Source: Massalongia carnosa (Eukaryota). From it: a stretch of DNA of 64,000 bases. The notes below the pieces were generated by a model. The model saw nothing but the letters and a program-made list of their open reading frames with translations, was not told the DNA's origin and made no database searches. Where the stretch lies: positions 2,356,001 through 2,420,000 of the forward strand of contig OZ287069.1 in the NCBI GenBank assembly GCA_965645245.1, written 5' to 3'. This document shows, piece by piece, positions 63,211 through 64,000 of this stretch (the first letter of the stretch is position 1; each line of letters begins with the position of its first letter). The position numbers and the translations under genes were made by a program.

Positions 63211-63533
63211 AACGTCGGTACGCGTTACAAGGGAAACGTGTTGAGAGAATAGATAGATGTGAGAGTCAAATCAATAATAGTAGCCTAGATTGTGCTTGTC
63301 GATTGTTATCGCGATGATGATCCGTTTACGATTAATGACATCTTATGAATGAAGAGTAGAAAGCTTGTGAATGAAGAACTTGATTTTTATATCTTAGAGT
63401 TCTATAATACAATGTGTGAGGGATAAAGTAGGAGGATGATGTGTTGACTTCTCCTTTTGAGAAAAACAAGCAGCATTCCTTTTATTTATCATCATGCACC
63501 TCATTGTCCTAGCAATATTTGCTCCAAGCCCAT

Positions 63534-63783
63534 ATCCTAGTGAAATTTTGTCTAACACTTGGTGGCTTGATTGTAGTCTGATGAACTTTGATCTGTCATC
63601 GGCTTGTATCCTAGTGAACTTTTACCTATCACTTGGTGGCTTGATTGTAACCTGATGAACTTTGATCTATCATCGGCTTGTATCCTAGTGAACTTTTATC
63701 TATCACTTGGTGGCTTAATTGTAACCTGATGAACTTTGATCTATCATCGGCTTGTATCCTCGTGAACTTTTATCTATCACTTG
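63534..63783. repeat. 74-bp minisatellite (about 3.4 units, each with two related sub-repeats)
   Basis: ATCCT(A/C)GTGAA recurs at 63534, 63608, 63682 and 63756. The sub-units are TGAACTTTTATCTATCA and TGAACTTTGATCTATCA. Confidence 0.92.
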
Positions 63784-64000
63784 ACGACAAGGAAAAACAG
63801 AGTCTGAACAGGGATATACCGTTTTCATTTAACAGGCACAGGGCCTATTAAATGAAACAGGGTTCTTCCACTTTCACTACTTCCATGTTTTCCCTTCTGT
63901 GGCATTCAAAAAATCTCTTTTGGCAAGGAAGGACTACTTTTCCAAGATGGGTCTGTATCTCTTCCTGCTCCCTGAACCTAGTTGACATAGTGGTATCCTT

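Larger units (their letters stand above)
57946..63336 (-). mobile_element. full-length Tad1-clade LINE (about 5.4 kb) with (AAT)n tail
   Basis: 14-bp TSD GACATCTTATGAAT at 57932-57945 and 63337-63350. ORF1 and ORF2 are present, with an (ATT)n tract at the left end. Confidence 0.96.

Noticed and set aside
63534..63783. CRISPR-like array
   Set aside because: The units are tandem with no unique spacers, and the context is eukaryotic.

Overview
Nuclear DNA of a filamentous ascomycete (Pezizomycotina), inferred from short GT-AG introns with CTRAC branch sites and the transposon families present. Host genes include UBA4/MOCS3, SLX9, CYT1, an ARO3-type DAHP synthase, an MCH-like MFS transporter, an MBD4-like HhH-GPD glycosylase, and several hypothetical or secreted Cys-rich proteins. 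Mobile DNA includes a pogo/Tc5 transposon split by a solo LTR, a decayed Tc1 element, two near-identical young Tc1 (DD34E) copies, a full-length and a 5'-truncated Tad1-like LINE (both with 14-bp TSDs), a copia-gag-like fragment and minisatellites. The most striking observation is at 44770-44870 (minus strand). The MBD4-like glycosylase ORF lies in the -1 frame of the 627-codon ORF upstream. Their overlap holds an in-frame G_GAU_UUU slippery heptamer followed by a possible pseudoknot, a candidate programmed -1 ribosomal frameshift in a cellular DNA-repair gene. The older Tc1 copy also shows a CpC-biased, non-canonical RIP-like mutation signature. Exon boundaries were called by eye and no database searches were run.
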